DNA of 64,000 nt from Armatimonadota bacterium (GCA_963677485.1 OY781964.1:2016001-2080000); one strand, 5' to 3'; counted from the first letter of the stretch, positions 32,206 through 43,756 are shown. The notes: generated by a model from the sequence alone, not told the origin. Numbers and translations are program-made.

Positions 32206-32973
32206 ATGCCAAGAGTGTATGCCGTGGTAAATCAGAAGGGTGGAGTAGGTAAAACAACGACCGCAGTAAACCTTTCCGCAGGGCTGGCTCTACTTGGGCA
32301 AAACGTTCTGCTGATCGACACTGACCCTCAGGGTAACAGCAGCAGCGGTGTGGGTGTCGACAAAGAGGATCTGAAGTTCAGCATATATGATGTATTACTT
32401 AATGAAGCAAGTCTACATGATGTCCGCTTAAGCACATCAGTAGATCGGCTCTATGTGGCCCCTGCCAACATCGAACTGACAGGAGCCGAAGTGGAACTGC
32501 CGGCCATGACAGACTGGCAGTATAGATTAAAGTCAGCAATTGCTAAGGTCGAAGATGACTATGATGTGATCTTAATTGATGCTCCCCCTTCATTGGGTGT
32601 TCTGACTGTCAATGCTTTAACAGCTGCCGATGGCGTGATAGTACCCATCCAGTGCGAGTATTATGCGCTAGAGGGCATCAGCCAGCTCGTAAAGACCATA
32701 GAGATTATGAAGCGCAGCACCAATTCAAGCCTACATATATATAAGGTGGTGTTGACGATGAGAGATCCGCGTGCCAAGCTTACCCAGCAAGTGGAAGCTG
32801 AGATCAGGAAACACTTCGGGACTATAGTATCGCGTGTCTCCATACCGAGGAATATACGGCTTAGTGAAGCACCATCCTATGGTCTTCCTGTCCAACTGTA
32901 TGACCCACGCAGTAAAGGAGCCGAAGCCTATAAATTACTATCAGAAGAGGTATTGAGGAATGACAACCAATAA
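32206..32973 (+). CDS. parA: chromosome partitioning ATPase ParA/Soj
   Basis: NQKGGVGKTTT, DTDPQGN, IDAPPSLG, PIQCEYYALEG, IPRNIRLSEAPSYG. Confidence 0.97.
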   Translation: MPRVYAVVNQKGGVGKTTTAVNLSAGLALLGQNVLLIDTDPQGNSSSGVGVDKEDLKFSIYDVLLNEASLHDVRLSTSVDRLYVAPANIELTGAEVELPAMTDWQYRLKSAIAKVEDDYDVILIDAPPSLGVLTVNALTAADGVIVPIQCEYYALEGISQLVKTIEIMKRSTNSSLHIYKVVLTMRDPRAKLTQQVEAEIRKHFGTIVSRVSIPRNIRLSEAPSYGLPVQLYDPRSKGAEAYKLLSEEVLRNDNQ

Positions 32974-33838
32974 GAGGGGCGGCTTGGGTAAAGGTCTTGG
33001 AGCTTTACTAGGAGATACCAGCAGCCAAGCATCAGTATCGGAATCTATCAGGCAAATACCTCTTGACGACATCGTCGCGAACCCAGACCAGCCCCGAGGG
33101 ATGTTTGCGGACGAGACACTGAGTGAACTGGCAGCATCCATTCGAGAACACGGAGTCATTCAGCCTATCCTCGTACAAGAGACACCGGATGGCAAGTATC
33201 AGCTCATCGCGGGTGAGAGACGGACTAGAGCCAGCCGGCTTGCTGGAACGGGTACTATACCTGCAATCGTTCGGAAGGTTGAACCCCAAGACCGCCTAGA
33301 ATTGGCTTTGATTGAAAACATCCAACGAGAAGACATCAACTCCATCGACCAAGCGTTGGCATATCGGCAACTGATCGACAAATTCCATCTCACCCAGGAG
33401 CAAGTCGCCCAACGAGTCGGGAAGAGCCGTGCCTCTATTGCCAACAGCCTTCGTCTTCTCGGTTTACCCTCCGTGGTGTTACAAATGATCCGAGATGGAG
33501 ATATCACGGAAGGCCACGGTCGGGCGCTGCTGATGGCCCCGGAAAACAAGCGGACCGATCTGGCCGAACTCGCGTTGAGGAAAGGCCTGAATGTCCGAGA
33601 GCTCGAGAGGGCATCGCGTGAAGCATCTGAGAAGGGGGAGCCAAAACACGAGCTCGATGTTTCACGTGAAACACCGAGTCTCCCGGACCCCCACCTCCAG
33701 GCTGTGGCCGACCGCCTACGCGAGGCGCTTGCCACCCGAGTTACCCTTCGTAATGAGGGTGATGACACCGGGGTGATTTTGATCCATTACTACGACCTGG
33801 ATGATCTAGAGCGACTGATCGCTCAGATCTGTTCTTAA
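32960..33838 (+). CDS. parB: chromosome partitioning protein ParB/Spo0J
   Basis: GLGKGLGALL, NPDQPR, IAGERR, ALIENIQRED, HTH VGKSRASIANSLRLL. Confidence 0.97.
   Translation: MTTNKRGGLGKGLGALLGDTSSQASVSESIRQIPLDDIVANPDQPRGMFADETLSELAASIREHGVIQPILVQETPDGKYQLIAGERRTRASRLAGTGTIPAIVRKVEPQDRLELALIENIQREDINSIDQALAYRQLIDKFHLTQEQVAQRVGKSRASIANSLRLLGLPSVVLQMIRDGDITEGHGRALLMAPENKRTDLAELALRKGLNVRELERASREASEKGEPKHELDVSRETPSLPDPHLQAVADRLREALATRVTLRNEGDDTGVILIHYYDLDDLERLIAQICS
33658..33673. promoter_or_regulatory. parS centromere-like site
   Basis: Perfect palindrome TGTTTCACGTGAAACA inside parB. Confidence 0.92.
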
Positions 33839-33863
33839 CTATAGAGATATACCGGAGGCCTAT

Positions 33864-35042
33864 ATGAGCGCAACACAAATGTCTATTGATACCATAATCA
33901 ACGCCTATTCGTCACAATATGGATGTCGACCCAGTTATATTGCTGCGGCCCCTGGGCGCATCGAGGTTCTCGGCAATCATACGGATTACAACCTGGGATA
34001 TGTCATGAGCGCCGCTATTGATCGATACACCCTGTTCGCAGTCAGCCCGTCTGATCGCAGCGCCTGCAGGGTGATGTCAGCCACGAAGCCGTCTGCCGCA
34101 GAGTTTGATCTGAGGGTGCTTGAGCATGACGATAGTGCACCATGGGCAGACTATATTAAGGGCGTGGTCGATCAGTTGCAGAAGGCGGGGGTTGATGTCC
34201 CAGCGTTCGATGCCTATCTCACATCGGATGTGCCCTTAGGGGCTGGATTGAGCAGCTCCGCGGCGCTTGAGGTCAGTTGCTGTCTCGCCTTATTGGCTCT
34301 GTCCGAGGTGGAATGGCCAGCGTGGAAGGTGGCTGAGTTAGGTAGGACCGCCGAGAATCAGTTTGTAGGCATGCCTTGCGGAATCCTAGACCAATTCTCG
34401 TCTTCCTTCGGAGTCCAGGATGCCATACTTTGGCTTGATACGCGCACTAAAGAGCATACCGCGTGTTATCTTCCGCATTCCCCTAAACTTACCTTGTGTT
34501 TGATGAACTCAATGGGTGTCCACGCATTGGTCACTGGCGACTATGCAAACCGCTTTAAAGAGTGCAAAAGGGCCAGGGATTGGTTCGCTCGTTTGATAGG
34601 CCCGCAGATAGAAGAGTTACGCGATGTCTCATTGGCAGATTTCATGGCACTGAAGGATGGGATGGATGATGCCTCGATGCGCAGGGCGAAGCACATAATC
34701 ACCGAAAATCAGCGAGTTCAGGATGCCAAGACCGCGTTGGAATCTGGTGATGTCATTACTTTAGGCCGGCTAATGTATGAATCTCATCTCAGCTCAAGCA
34801 CGGACTTCGAGAATTCCACTCCTGGATTAGATACGCTGGTCGGGATCGCAAACAGGCGAGGGGCTTTAGGCGCCCGTCTGATGGGCGGTGGCTGGGGTGG
34901 GGCCATTATATGCCTGGTCTACTCAGATCAACTAGAGCAGTTCATATCTGATGTCAGTGACGACTACTACATGGCGACAGGCATCCGGCCTGATACCTTC
35001 TGCACAGATCCCGCTGAGGGAGCTCGTATCTTTAGCGTGTAA
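33864..35042 (+). CDS. galK: galactokinase
   Basis: APGRIEVLGNHTDYNLG, PLGAGLSSSAA, CGILDQ, GARLMGGGWGG. Confidence 0.93.
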   Translation: MSATQMSIDTIINAYSSQYGCRPSYIAAAPGRIEVLGNHTDYNLGYVMSAAIDRYTLFAVSPSDRSACRVMSATKPSAAEFDLRVLEHDDSAPWADYIKGVVDQLQKAGVDVPAFDAYLTSDVPLGAGLSSSAALEVSCCLALLALSEVEWPAWKVAELGRTAENQFVGMPCGILDQFSSSFGVQDAILWLDTRTKEHTACYLPHSPKLTLCLMNSMGVHALVTGDYANRFKECKRARDWFARLIGPQIEELRDVSLADFMALKDGMDDASMRRAKHIITENQRVQDAKTALESGDVITLGRLMYESHLSSSTDFENSTPGLDTLVGIANRRGALGARLMGGGWGGAIICLVYSDQLEQFISDVSDDYYMATGIRPDTFCTDPAEGARIFSV

Positions 35043-35063
35043 TATACTTAAGCATGTAATACG

Positions 35064-35100
35064 AAAAAGGCCGGAGGAAGCTGACGCTCCTCCGGCCTTT
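35064..35100. terminator. intrinsic terminator between convergent genes
   Basis: aaaaaggccggagga...tcctccggccttt hairpin with A/T tails. Confidence 0.8.
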
Positions 35101-35121
35101 GTATCACTGATAAGCTAATCG

Positions 35122-35622
35122 CTATTCGGAATCCATCTGCTGAGCGTACTTCAATACCCTTTCGCAAATGAATATTGAGGTACCGCTTTTCAAGGCCATC
35201 ACTATTGCATCCGAAGGTCGTGAGTCTATTGATTTAATGCGTCCATCTGGCAACCTTACGCGAATCTTCGCATAGAATGTCTGTTGCCAAACATCATCGA
35301 TGACGGCACTCACAATGCGTCCACCCATCTCGTGGATGATTGTCATGATCAAGTCGTGACTCAGAGGGCGATCTGATTGCTCCTCATTGAGTTGGTCATT
35401 AACAGATGAAGCATCAGTTGGAGACACAATGATGATCAGACTTCGTCCTTGTTCATCTTCCAACCCGATACCATATTTGGGAGTGACTTCATCGAAGTGA
35501 CCACGAGCCTTAAAGACTCCAGTTACACGCGATAAGCATTCCATCTTTTCGTCTACGTCATATTTTAACGTATCAAAGATGTTATTCAGGGAATATTCGT
35601 CGTCAGACCACTGATTATCCAT
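35122..35622 (-). CDS. bifunctional nuclease (DUF151) family protein
   Basis: RPLSHDL, TFYAKI, IDSRPSDAI.MAL motifs. Confidence 0.88.
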   Translation of the reverse strand: MDNQWSDDEYSLNNIFDTLKYDVDEKMECLSRVTGVFKARGHFDEVTPKYGIGLEDEQGRSLIIIVSPTDASSVNDQLNEEQSDRPLSHDLIMTIIHEMGGRIVSAVIDDVWQQTFYAKIRVRLPDGRIKSIDSRPSDAIVMALKSGTSIFICERVLKYAQQMDSE

Positions 35623-35700
35623 TTCGGCCCCCGTTTCGGTTTAAACCCGATCCGCAAGTTCGCTTCATCGCAACCCTTGCAGGTCAAACTGTGTGTGATG

Positions 35701-36978
35701 CTATTTGCCTTGGTCTTTTAGTGCTGTATCTACTGCCATCAAAAATGCTTCATTGTTAGGTGTATGAGTTAACATCCCTACCAACTGCTCTGCTGCCGGT
35801 ATGGTATCCATATTCGACAGGTGCCGACGTAGTTTCCACAGCCCTTTTAATTCGTCTTCTGTGTATAGCAGCTCCTCGTGTCTTGTTCCTGAATGTAGTA
35901 CGTCAATCGCTGGGAATATGCGTCGGTCGCTCAGGGTTCTATCGAGAACCAACTCCATATTACCAGTACCTTTGAATTCTTCAAAGATCACTTCATCCAT
36001 TCGGCTGCCTGTGTCAACAAGAGCAGTCGCCAGCACAGTCAGACTACCACCCTGTTCGATGTTTCGTGCGGCACCAAAGAAGCGCTTAGGACGGTAGAGT
36101 GCCGAGGGGTCCAGTCCACCCGATAGGGTTCTTCCGCTGGGATTGACTGTCAGGTTGCTTGCTCGCGAGAGGCGTGTCAAACTATCAAGAAGGATCACCA
36201 CATCATGCTTAGCCTCTACCATGCGCTTAGCCATCTCCAGCGTCATATCGGCCACTCGCATATGGTTCTCAGGCATCTCATCAAAGGTGCTGCTGACCAC
36301 TCGGCCTTTTACGCTGCGGCGGATGTCGGTGACCTCTTCGGGGCGTTCGTCAACCAGCAGGACCAATAGCTGCACTTCCGGATGGTTAGCGGTGAGGCTG
36401 TTCGCAATGGACTTTAACAGAGTGGTCTTACCAGCCTTTGGAGGAGCCACAATCAACCCACGCTGTCCCTTACCCACTGGTGATACCAAATCGATCAAGC
36501 GGCTGCTGATGTTCTTCGCACCATTCTCAAGTCGGAACCGCTCTGTAGGGTAGATAGGGGTTAATTCGTCGAAGGAATAGCGGTGGCGTGCGGTTTCCGG
36601 GTTCTGGTGATTCACATGCTCCACTCGAAGCAGTCCGTAATACTTTTCACTATCCTTAGGCGGTCTCACCATACCGGCCACGGTGTCACCCGTCTTTAGG
36701 TCAAACCGTTTAATCTGCGTCTGTGACACATAGATGTCATCACTGCCGTTCATACCAAAATTCACATCGCGGCGTATAAAACCAAACCCGTCCGACATCG
36801 CTTCAAGAATGCCTTCGGCGCGTATCTGACCACCAGCATCGGCGTGGACCTGCAGAACTTTTTTGATCACCTCCTGTCGACGTGCGTTCTCCTCAACTAT
36901 CACGTTGCGAGCCCGTGCATAGAGATGAAGCTCCTCGAGGCTGAGGGCATCGAACGAGGCTAAGTCAAGATTTTCCAT
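35701..36978 (-). CDS. rho: transcription termination factor Rho
   Basis: [53 protein letters not shown]. Confidence 0.98.
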   Translation of the reverse strand: MENLDLASFDALSLEELHLYARARNVIVEENARRQEVIKKVLQVHADAGGQIRAEGILEAMSDGFGFIRRDVNFGMNGSDDIYVSQTQIKRFDLKTGDTVAGMVRPPKDSEKYYGLLRVEHVNHQNPETARHRYSFDELTPIYPTERFRLENGAKNISSRLIDLVSPVGKGQRGLIVAPPKAGKTTLLKSIANSLTANHPEVQLLVLLVDERPEEVTDIRRSVKGRVVSSTFDEMPENHMRVADMTLEMAKRMVEAKHDVVILLDSLTRLSRASNLTVNPSGRTLSGGLDPSALYRPKRFFGAARNIEQGGSLTVLATALVDTGSRMDEVIFEEFKGTGNMELVLDRTLSDRRIFPAIDVLHSGTRHEELLYTEDELKGLWKLRRHLSNMDTIPAAEQLVGMLTHTPNNEAFLMAVDTALKDQGK

Positions 36979-37246
36979 TCAGCTAATCACCTTTAGGGTT
37001 TAAGAAGGCGCCACACCTCGTTATACGGGTGCGGGATACGCCTGAAGTCTGCGAAATACCCAGCGTTATCACAGGATACCGATGTGGGATTTTACGATGT
37101 CGGGATTCATTACGGAAGCCGAAGATGAAATAGTGACATCTATTGGCTATATGGAGAGTGGATAGGTCTTCTCCAAATCTATTATAGCGTATATTTCCGT
37201 CTGTCTGTGTCGTTATGCATTCACAGATGACAATATAAACGCCGAT

Positions 37247-37774
37247 CTACTCAGGATCACCCTCAAATACGCCGATATAAGGCAAATTGCGGTACTTACC
37301 GGCATAGTCCAACCCGTATCCGATCACGAATTCGTCGGGGATATCAAATCCAACATAGTCGACTTTGACATCGATTTGCCGACGAGCTGGTTTATCGAGC
37401 AACGTGGCGATTCGGTAGCTCTTGGCATTATGAAGGCGAAGGTTGTCCAGCAAGAACTTCAACGTCAGACCGGTATCCACGATGTCTTCCACTACGACCA
37501 CATCACGGCCTACTACATTCTGGTCAAGGTCCTTCATGATGCGCACGACACCACTGCTCTTGGTGGAATGACCGTAGCTGCTGATAGACACGAAGTCATA
37601 ATCCAGTTCACCGTCAATGCAGCGAATCAGGTCAGTTAAAAACACCGCAGCTCCCTGAAGAACACCAACGAAAAGCGGCTTGCTGTCAGGACCCAGGTCC
37701 TCTCGAATCTGCTTGCCCATCACCTGAATGCGTTCTCGAATCTGCTGTTCGGAAAGTAGTACCCTGATTGTCAT
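37247..37774 (-). CDS. hpt: hypoxanthine phosphoribosyltransferase
   Basis: VVVVEDIVDTGLTL PRPP motif, FVIGYGLDY, YRNLPYI. Confidence 0.96.
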   Translation of the reverse strand: MTIRVLLSEQQIRERIQVMGKQIREDLGPDSKPLFVGVLQGAAVFLTDLIRCIDGELDYDFVSISSYGHSTKSSGVVRIMKDLDQNVVGRDVVVVEDIVDTGLTLKFLLDNLRLHNAKSYRIATLLDKPARRQIDVKVDYVGFDIPDEFVIGYGLDYAGKYRNLPYIGVFEGDPE

Positions 37775-37785
37775 GCTTGTACCCT

Positions 37786-39342
37786 CTATTCCCACTCAAT
37801 AGTGGCCGGCGGCTTGCTGGTGATGTCATACACCACGCGGTTTACGCCCGGCACCTCACCAACGATGCGGTTGGAGGCACGCTCTAACACTTCATAGGGG
37901 ATGCGTGCCCAGTCTGCGGTCATAGCATCTTCGCTGACAACGGCGCGTAAAATGATCGGTCGGCCATATGTTCGCTGGTCGCCCATCACGCCCACACTTC
38001 GGATGTCCGGGATGGCGGCGTAGCTCTGCCATATCTGACGATAGATACCCGCAGCCTTCAGTTCATCACGGAAGATTTTATCAGCAGCTCGAACCGCTTC
38101 GATCTTCTCTTCGGTCACTTCACCGATGATGCGAACGGCCAAACCAGGACCAGGGAACGGCTGCCGCCATACGATGTCATCGGGCAGACCCAACTCGGCT
38201 GCCACGGCGCGTACCTCATCCTTAAACAGCCAGCGGAACGGCTCCACCAGCACCAGACGCATATCTTCCGGCAGACCGCCCACATTGTGGTGCGTCTTAA
38301 TAGTTTGACTATGCTTGGTGCCTCCACTCTCTATCACATCTGGATAGAGGGTGCCTTGTCCCAAAAAGGTGCAGTCTCGCAGCTCATCAGCATACTCTTC
38401 GAATACGCGGATAAACTCCTCGCCGATGATTTTACGTTTCTTCTCCGGCTCGTTCACGCCAGCCAGTTTGTCCATAAACCGCTTGCGCGCATCCACAAAC
38501 ACCAGCTTCACGGGGTAGTTCACGCTGAAGGTTTCTCGAACCTGTTCAGCTTCACCCGCGCGCAGCAGGTTGTGGTCCACAAACAGGCAGGTCACCTTAT
38601 CGCCGCCAAGCGCCTTAGTCAGCAGCGAGGCCAACGTCATGCTGTCTACCCCGCCCGATACCGCACACAGCACGCGGGCATCGCCCACTTGCTCGCGGAT
38701 ACGCTCACAGCTCTGTTCCACGAAATTGCCCATGTTCCAGTCGCCCTTGCAGCCGCACACACCGATGGCGAAGTTGCGCAGAAGCTGGCTTCCGAACGGT
38801 GTATGCACTACCTCAGGGTGGAACTGTACACCATAGAAGCGGCGCGTAGGATCGCTCATCGCCGCCACGGGCGTAGAAGGCGTTTCAGCCGTCACACTGA
38901 ACCCGGGCGGAGGCGCTGTCACCTTATCGCCGTGACTCATCCAGCAGGTCTGGGTGGGTTCGATGCCGTTCCACAGCGCATCGCTGAGGTCGCTAACCGT
39001 CAGATCGGTACGGCCATACTCGCGCAGACCAGTGGCTTCAACCTGACCGCCCAGCGTGTAGGTCATCAACTGGTGACCGTAGCAAATGCCAAGCACTGGC
39101 ACACCGAGGCTGAACAAACCCGCATCGATACGTGGCGCACCCTCTTCATAAACGCTGGAAGGGCCGCCACTCAATACGATTCCGCTTGGTTTGCGTGCGA
39201 TAATTTGTTTGAGGTCGGTATCGGCGGGTATGATTTCGCTATAGACATTGCATTCCCGAATTCGGCGCGCGATCAGTTGGGTGTACTGGGCACCAAAATC
39301 GACAACGAGGATGGTTTCAGAAGCGGGAGCTTGTTGTGCCAT
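37786..39342 (-). CDS. guaA: GMP synthase (glutamine-hydrolysing)
   Basis: [53 protein letters not shown]. Confidence 0.98.
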   Translation of the reverse strand: MAQQAPASETILVVDFGAQYTQLIARRIRECNVYSEIIPADTDLKQIIARKPSGIVLSGGPSSVYEEGAPRIDAGLFSLGVPVLGICYGHQLMTYTLGGQVEATGLREYGRTDLTVSDLSDALWNGIEPTQTCWMSHGDKVTAPPPGFSVTAETPSTPVAAMSDPTRRFYGVQFHPEVVHTPFGSQLLRNFAIGVCGCKGDWNMGNFVEQSCERIREQVGDARVLCAVSGGVDSMTLASLLTKALGGDKVTCLFVDHNLLRAGEAEQVRETFSVNYPVKLVFVDARKRFMDKLAGVNEPEKKRKIIGEEFIRVFEEYADELRDCTFLGQGTLYPDVIESGGTKHSQTIKTHHNVGGLPEDMRLVLVEPFRWLFKDEVRAVAAELGLPDDIVWRQPFPGPGLAVRIIGEVTEEKIEAVRAADKIFRDELKAAGIYRQIWQSYAAIPDIRSVGVMGDQRTYGRPIILRAVVSEDAMTADWARIPYEVLERASNRIVGEVPGVNRVVYDITSKPPATIEWE

Positions 39343-39589
39343 TGAATTTCCTTGGTGGAGGGTAATCTGTGTTTCTACATATATTGTACCCTGTAACCGC
39401 TCTGAAGGTAGAAATGCCCATCATAGTGATCGCATGGCCAGGCTATTGCACCTCTTCAATCGGTCTGCAGGTGACGTAGAAGGAATGCCTCTAGCTTTGT
39501 CATTGGCAGCCGGTAGGCAACTCAAGAAATGACCTCTGTGTTATAAGATATGACCAAGTTCTTAGCAAATCACACCCGCCCCACGAACC

Positions 39590-39772
39590 CTACTTCCGTT
39601 TGCGGAATGCGTTGAACGCCAGCACAATCACAATGATCACCGGTATGGCCAGCATCTGCACAGACACAGCATTTGGGCCAAACTGCGGTTCCTCCTCATC
39701 ATGAGCGTGGGCCAGGATCGGGGTGAGCCACAACACAGCAGTTATTAGTAAAATCCGATATCGTGATTTCAT
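39590..39772 (-). CDS. small membrane protein
   Basis: Signal-like N-terminus, AHAH motif, C-terminal TM with basic tail; GAGG upstream. Confidence 0.55.
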   Translation of the reverse strand: MKSRYRILLITAVLWLTPILAHAHDEEEPQFGPNAVSVQMLAIPVIIVIVLAFNAFRKRK

Positions 39773-39915
39773 GGGATAACCTCAATTAAGCACCTGGGTG
39801 CATACTAACAGTATTATGCCCGGTTATGGCCAACTCGACACAACATGCGGGCACAAAATCGAGCGAAATGCTGGTATAGTAACGTATCGAATGATGATGG
39901 GAGACATGCACCCTG

Positions 39916-40830
39916 ATGCCATTAATCTCTACCCAGGAACTCTGCGTGGCGTACGGCAGCAAGATCGCACTGGATTCGCTCAGCCTGGAGGTGCCCGAGG
40001 GCAGTGTTGGCCTTCTGGGCCCCAACGGCGCGGGAAAATCCACGCTGCTGAAGACACTGCTGGGCTTCCTTACACCCAAATCCGGCACAGCCGAGGTGAT
40101 GGGGGTCAACAGCCGTCGCAACCCCCTGGAAATACGCTCAAAGGTCGGCCTGATGCCGGAACAGGACTGCCACATCCCCGGCATGACGGGACTGGCCTTG
40201 GTGGCCTACGCCGGGGAGCTGTGCGGCATGCCCGCCAGTCAGGCCTTACGCCGTGGGCACGAGGTGCTGGAGTATTGCGGCTTAGGCGATGCCCGTTACC
40301 GCATGGTGGATACCTATAGTACAGGTATGCTGCAGCGCGTGAAGCTGGCGCAGGCACTGGTTCATGGTCCCCAGATGCTGCTGCTTGATGAACCCACCAA
40401 CGGTCTGGACCCCAAAGGCCGTGAAGAGATGCTGCAACTGGTGTACGACATCTGGCACAAGTTCCAGGTGAATGTGGTGCTGTGCTCGCACCTTCTGCCC
40501 GATGTGGAGCGTGTGTGCGACTACGTTCTGGTGATGCAGAACGGCAAACTGACCGCGCAGGGCACCATCGCAGAGCTTCGCGGAGGGGTTTCCGCAAGAT
40601 ACAGGGTGGAGCTGGACCGCACCAACGACGCGCTTCTGGATATCTGGAAGCAGTCAGGCGTGAGCATCGTGCAGCAGCTTGGTGTGGGCCGATTCGTGCT
40701 GGATGTGCCGGCGGACGCGCTAGCCAGCCGCCTGCTATATGATTGTGCCCACCAGGCCGGGCTGGTTCTGCGTGAGGTGGTACCCGCCAGACGCAGCCTG
40801 GAAGACGTGTTTATGGAGGCCGTTCAGTGA
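39916..40830 (+). CDS. ABC transporter ATP-binding protein
   Basis: GPNGAGKST, YSTGMLQR, LLLDEPTNGLD. Confidence 0.95.
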   Translation: MPLISTQELCVAYGSKIALDSLSLEVPEGSVGLLGPNGAGKSTLLKTLLGFLTPKSGTAEVMGVNSRRNPLEIRSKVGLMPEQDCHIPGMTGLALVAYAGELCGMPASQALRRGHEVLEYCGLGDARYRMVDTYSTGMLQRVKLAQALVHGPQMLLLDEPTNGLDPKGREEMLQLVYDIWHKFQVNVVLCSHLLPDVERVCDYVLVMQNGKLTAQGTIAELRGGVSARYRVELDRTNDALLDIWKQSGVSIVQQLGVGRFVLDVPADALASRLLYDCAHQAGLVLREVVPARRSLEDVFMEAVQ

Positions 40831-41780
40831 GCCAGAACGCCCAGATTACCGACATGGGTTACCGGCCCTACTCCGGCCCTCGAAACCTGCACTCACCGAA
40901 ATGGTGGGTGATCGCCCGCACCATGATGCGCCAGACGATGCGGAAACCCGCCTACTGGGTCACCGTGCTGCTATTCAGCCTTCCCTGGTTGTTTACTGGC
41001 ATCTTCTTCTATATGCAGGCCAGCGCGTCGCAAATTCCGTTTGGCAACATGCTTTCTGACCCCACCGCCTTTCCCAGCATCTTCTTAAGGGCATTTAACA
41101 TGCAGCGCTGGGGACTGCTGATCATTGCGCTGATCAGCGGCGCGGGCTGTATCGCCGCAGACAACCGGGCCAACGCGCTGCTGCTCTACCTCAGCAAGCC
41201 GCTTTCGCACGGTCAGTATCTGCTGGGGAAGTGGCTGTCGGTGTTTGTGCCGGTGTTCATGGCCAGTGTAGTGCCGGCGCTCATTATCGCCATCTACTGC
41301 TGGCTGGGGTTTGAGTGGAAGAAGTTCGGCGGGGCGTATCCCTGGTTGCTACCGCAGATCATCATCTGCGCCGCGGTGCCCGCCGCACTGTTTTCTAGCG
41401 TGCTGCTGGGCATATCGGCATGGGCCAAATCGGCGCGCATGGCCGGAGCCATACTGGTCTCACTATACATGCTGACCAACATTGGCGCGATGATGATGTC
41501 GGATATCTCACGCAACAACAACCCGGAGCTGGGTTCCCGCATCGAATACTACAGCATTCAGGGTGTGATCAACGGGATCAGCCAGGCTACGATGAAGATC
41601 GGTGTGAAAGGTGATCTACACATGGATGTGTTGGGTGGTATGGGGCGTCATCACCGTGGACCGACGCAGTTGGGCGAAGTGCCATTGCTGAACGTGTCGC
41701 TGATCGCACTGGGGCTGGTCGCAGCCGGAGTGGCAGCCGCGCGGATCCGTGTGAAGGCGGTTGAGGTGGTGAAGGGATGA
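40827..41780 (+). CDS. ABC-2 type transporter permease
   Basis: Multiple TMs, IAAD..ANALLLYLSKPL..QYLLGK; overlapping start/stop. Confidence 0.88.
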   Translation: MSQNAQITDMGYRPYSGPRNLHSPKWWVIARTMMRQTMRKPAYWVTVLLFSLPWLFTGIFFYMQASASQIPFGNMLSDPTAFPSIFLRAFNMQRWGLLIIALISGAGCIAADNRANALLLYLSKPLSHGQYLLGKWLSVFVPVFMASVVPALIIAIYCWLGFEWKKFGGAYPWLLPQIIICAAVPAALFSSVLLGISAWAKSARMAGAILVSLYMLTNIGAMMMSDISRNNNPELGSRIEYYSIQGVINGISQATMKIGVKGDLHMDVLGGMGRHHRGPTQLGEVPLLNVSLIALGLVAAGVAAARIRVKAVEVVKG

Positions 41781-42700
41781 TCGAACTGAAGAACGCCTCG
41801 CGATGGTATGGGCAGGTGATCGGCGCGAACGACATCAGCCTGACCATCCAAGCCGGCATCACCGCCCTGCTGGGCCCGAACGGCTCGGGTAAAAGCACGA
41901 TGATTAAGATGATCACCGGCCAGCTCCGGCCCACCACCGGCAGCGTGCGGGTGGATGGCATGAACCCCTTCGCTAACCCCAAAGTATATGCACAAATGGG
42001 CTATTGCCCGGAGTTTGAGCAGGGATACGAGGAGATGAGCGGCCGCGAGTTTGTGTGGCAGATGGCCTCAATGTCGGGCATCCCACAAGCCAAACTTAAG
42101 GAACAAGTGGACTGGGCGCTTGATGAGGTTAAAATAACCACAGCGGCTGATCGGGCCATCGGTGGCTACAGCAAGGGGATGCGCCAGCGGATTAAGATCG
42201 CTCAGGCCATTGTGCATAACCCACGAATACTCGTTTTGGACGAACCTCTGAACGGGCTGGACCCGCTTGGTCGGCATGAAATCTGCGAGCTGATGCTGCG
42301 ATACGCCTCGGAAGGCCGTTGTGTGCTGGTCTCCAGCCACATCCTGCACGAGGTGGAGCAGCTCACTCAGAATATCGTGTTGCTGTTCCGTGGCCGGATG
42401 CTGGCCCAAGGCGATGTCCGCCAGCTTCGCCAACTGATCGACAACCACCCGCATCGGATACTCATCCAAAGCACCCAACCGCGTGAGCTGGCCTCAGCCT
42501 TGATCACCTGGCCACATGTGTTGAACGTGCAACTGGACAAAACCGACCAGGGCTGGCTGGAGGTGCAGGTGGACTCACCCGGTGAGTTCTACGCACTGCT
42601 GCAGCAGATGGTGATTGAGAAGGGCTACTTGGTGGATGAGGTCTCCTCACCCGACAACAACCTGGAGGCGGTGTTTAACTACCTGGTGAAAAGCTCATGA
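41777..42700 (+). CDS. ABC transporter ATP-binding protein
   Basis: GPNGSGKST, YSKGMRQR, LVLDEPLNGLD. Confidence 0.95.
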   Translation: MIELKNASRWYGQVIGANDISLTIQAGITALLGPNGSGKSTMIKMITGQLRPTTGSVRVDGMNPFANPKVYAQMGYCPEFEQGYEEMSGREFVWQMASMSGIPQAKLKEQVDWALDEVKITTAADRAIGGYSKGMRQRIKIAQAIVHNPRILVLDEPLNGLDPLGRHEICELMLRYASEGRCVLVSSHILHEVEQLTQNIVLLFRGRMLAQGDVRQLRQLIDNHPHRILIQSTQPRELASALITWPHVLNVQLDKTDQGWLEVQVDSPGEFYALLQQMVIEKGYLVDEVSSPDNNLEAVFNYLVKSS

Positions 42701-43479
42701 TAGACCGCATGTTGTTTCTAAGCTCGTTGAAAGACCTCTGCCGTGCCAAACGTCTGGCGGCTCTGCTGCTGTTTGCATTGGCTCCGACCTTGCTGGGGCT
42801 GATCATCCTTTCTGTGAAAGAGATGCCCATCGGCCGTGGCGAAGCTCTTTACAACGGACTGGTCGACCAATTGGTGTTCGGCTTCGTGCTGGTGATGATC
42901 GCTGCGATCACCGGCACCGGCGCACTAGCTCAAGAGATTGAGCGGAAGACCATCGTCTATCTGCTCACCCGACCGGTGGCACGCTGGCGCATCGCGGCCT
43001 GGCGGCTGCTTTCAGCACTTGTGGTCACCACACTAGTTGCGCTGTTGAGCCTATTCTTGTGTGCCGGCCTTTGCTTCGGCACAGGTATGTTTCATGAGCA
43101 GGTCGTCCGTCACGATGCAGGTGTGCTGATGCTTGGCGCGTTGAGCTACACCTACCTGTTTTTCTTGCTGGGTGCCGCGGTCAACCGTCCGCTGCTGTAT
43201 GCCATCTTCTTTGCCTTCGGATGGGAAAGCTGGGTGCCCAACATGCCCGGCAACTTTTCTCAGGTCTCGCTGATGAGTTTTCTTCGCGCCCTGGCACCGC
43301 ACGAGCAGGCCGAAAGCAGCGGTAATGACGTGATGCAGATGCTTCAGGAGTTCGGCCGCCCTGAGATAGCGGCCAGCACTGCGCACTGGGTTCTCTGGGG
43401 TGCCGCGGCCGTGTGCCTCTGCGTAGCGCTGCTGGTCTTCAGTCGGCGGGAATACTGCCCCAAGGACGACGCCGGGTAG
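42697..43479 (+). CDS. ABC-2 type transporter permease
   Basis: Multiple TMs, EIERKTIVYLLTRPV. Confidence 0.88.
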   Translation: MIDRMLFLSSLKDLCRAKRLAALLLFALAPTLLGLIILSVKEMPIGRGEALYNGLVDQLVFGFVLVMIAAITGTGALAQEIERKTIVYLLTRPVARWRIAAWRLLSALVVTTLVALLSLFLCAGLCFGTGMFHEQVVRHDAGVLMLGALSYTYLFFLLGAAVNRPLLYAIFFAFGWESWVPNMPGNFSQVSLMSFLRALAPHEQAESSGNDVMQMLQEFGRPEIAASTAHWVLWGAAAVCLCVALLVFSRREYCPKDDAG

Positions 43480-43516
43480 TGGGTTATGAGGTACATTGTA
43501 GAAGGAGGGAAAGCTC

Positions 43517-43756
43517 ATGGAATCGCCGTTATATATCCGAACTACAGTACTACCTGGCAAGATCATTGAAGTCACTTCTTCAAGCTTGGTCGAAGGTGAT
43601 CAGGTAGATGTGACCATTCGCTACGCAAGTAGTCGTCGCGTCCGACGCCGCACGGTGATGGATATCATCGAAGCCAATCACCCTCCGCAGGTTTTCAAAA
43701 CGGCTGACGATGTTGATGAATATCTCGAAAGGGAACGCAACTCGTGGGATCGCTGA
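43517..43756 (+). CDS. putative antitoxin of a VapBC-type module
   Basis: Small ORF overlapping the PIN gene; DVDEYLERERNSWD tail. Confidence 0.75.
   Translation: MESPLYIRTTVLPGKIIEVTSSSLVEGDQVDVTIRYASSRRVRRRTVMDIIEANHPPQVFKTADDVDEYLERERNSWDR

Noticed and set aside
38287-39345. Long antisense ORFs (also 46655-47674, 53507-54496, 61878-63125)
   Set aside because: Opposite-strand shadows of better-supported genes in GC-rich DNA.
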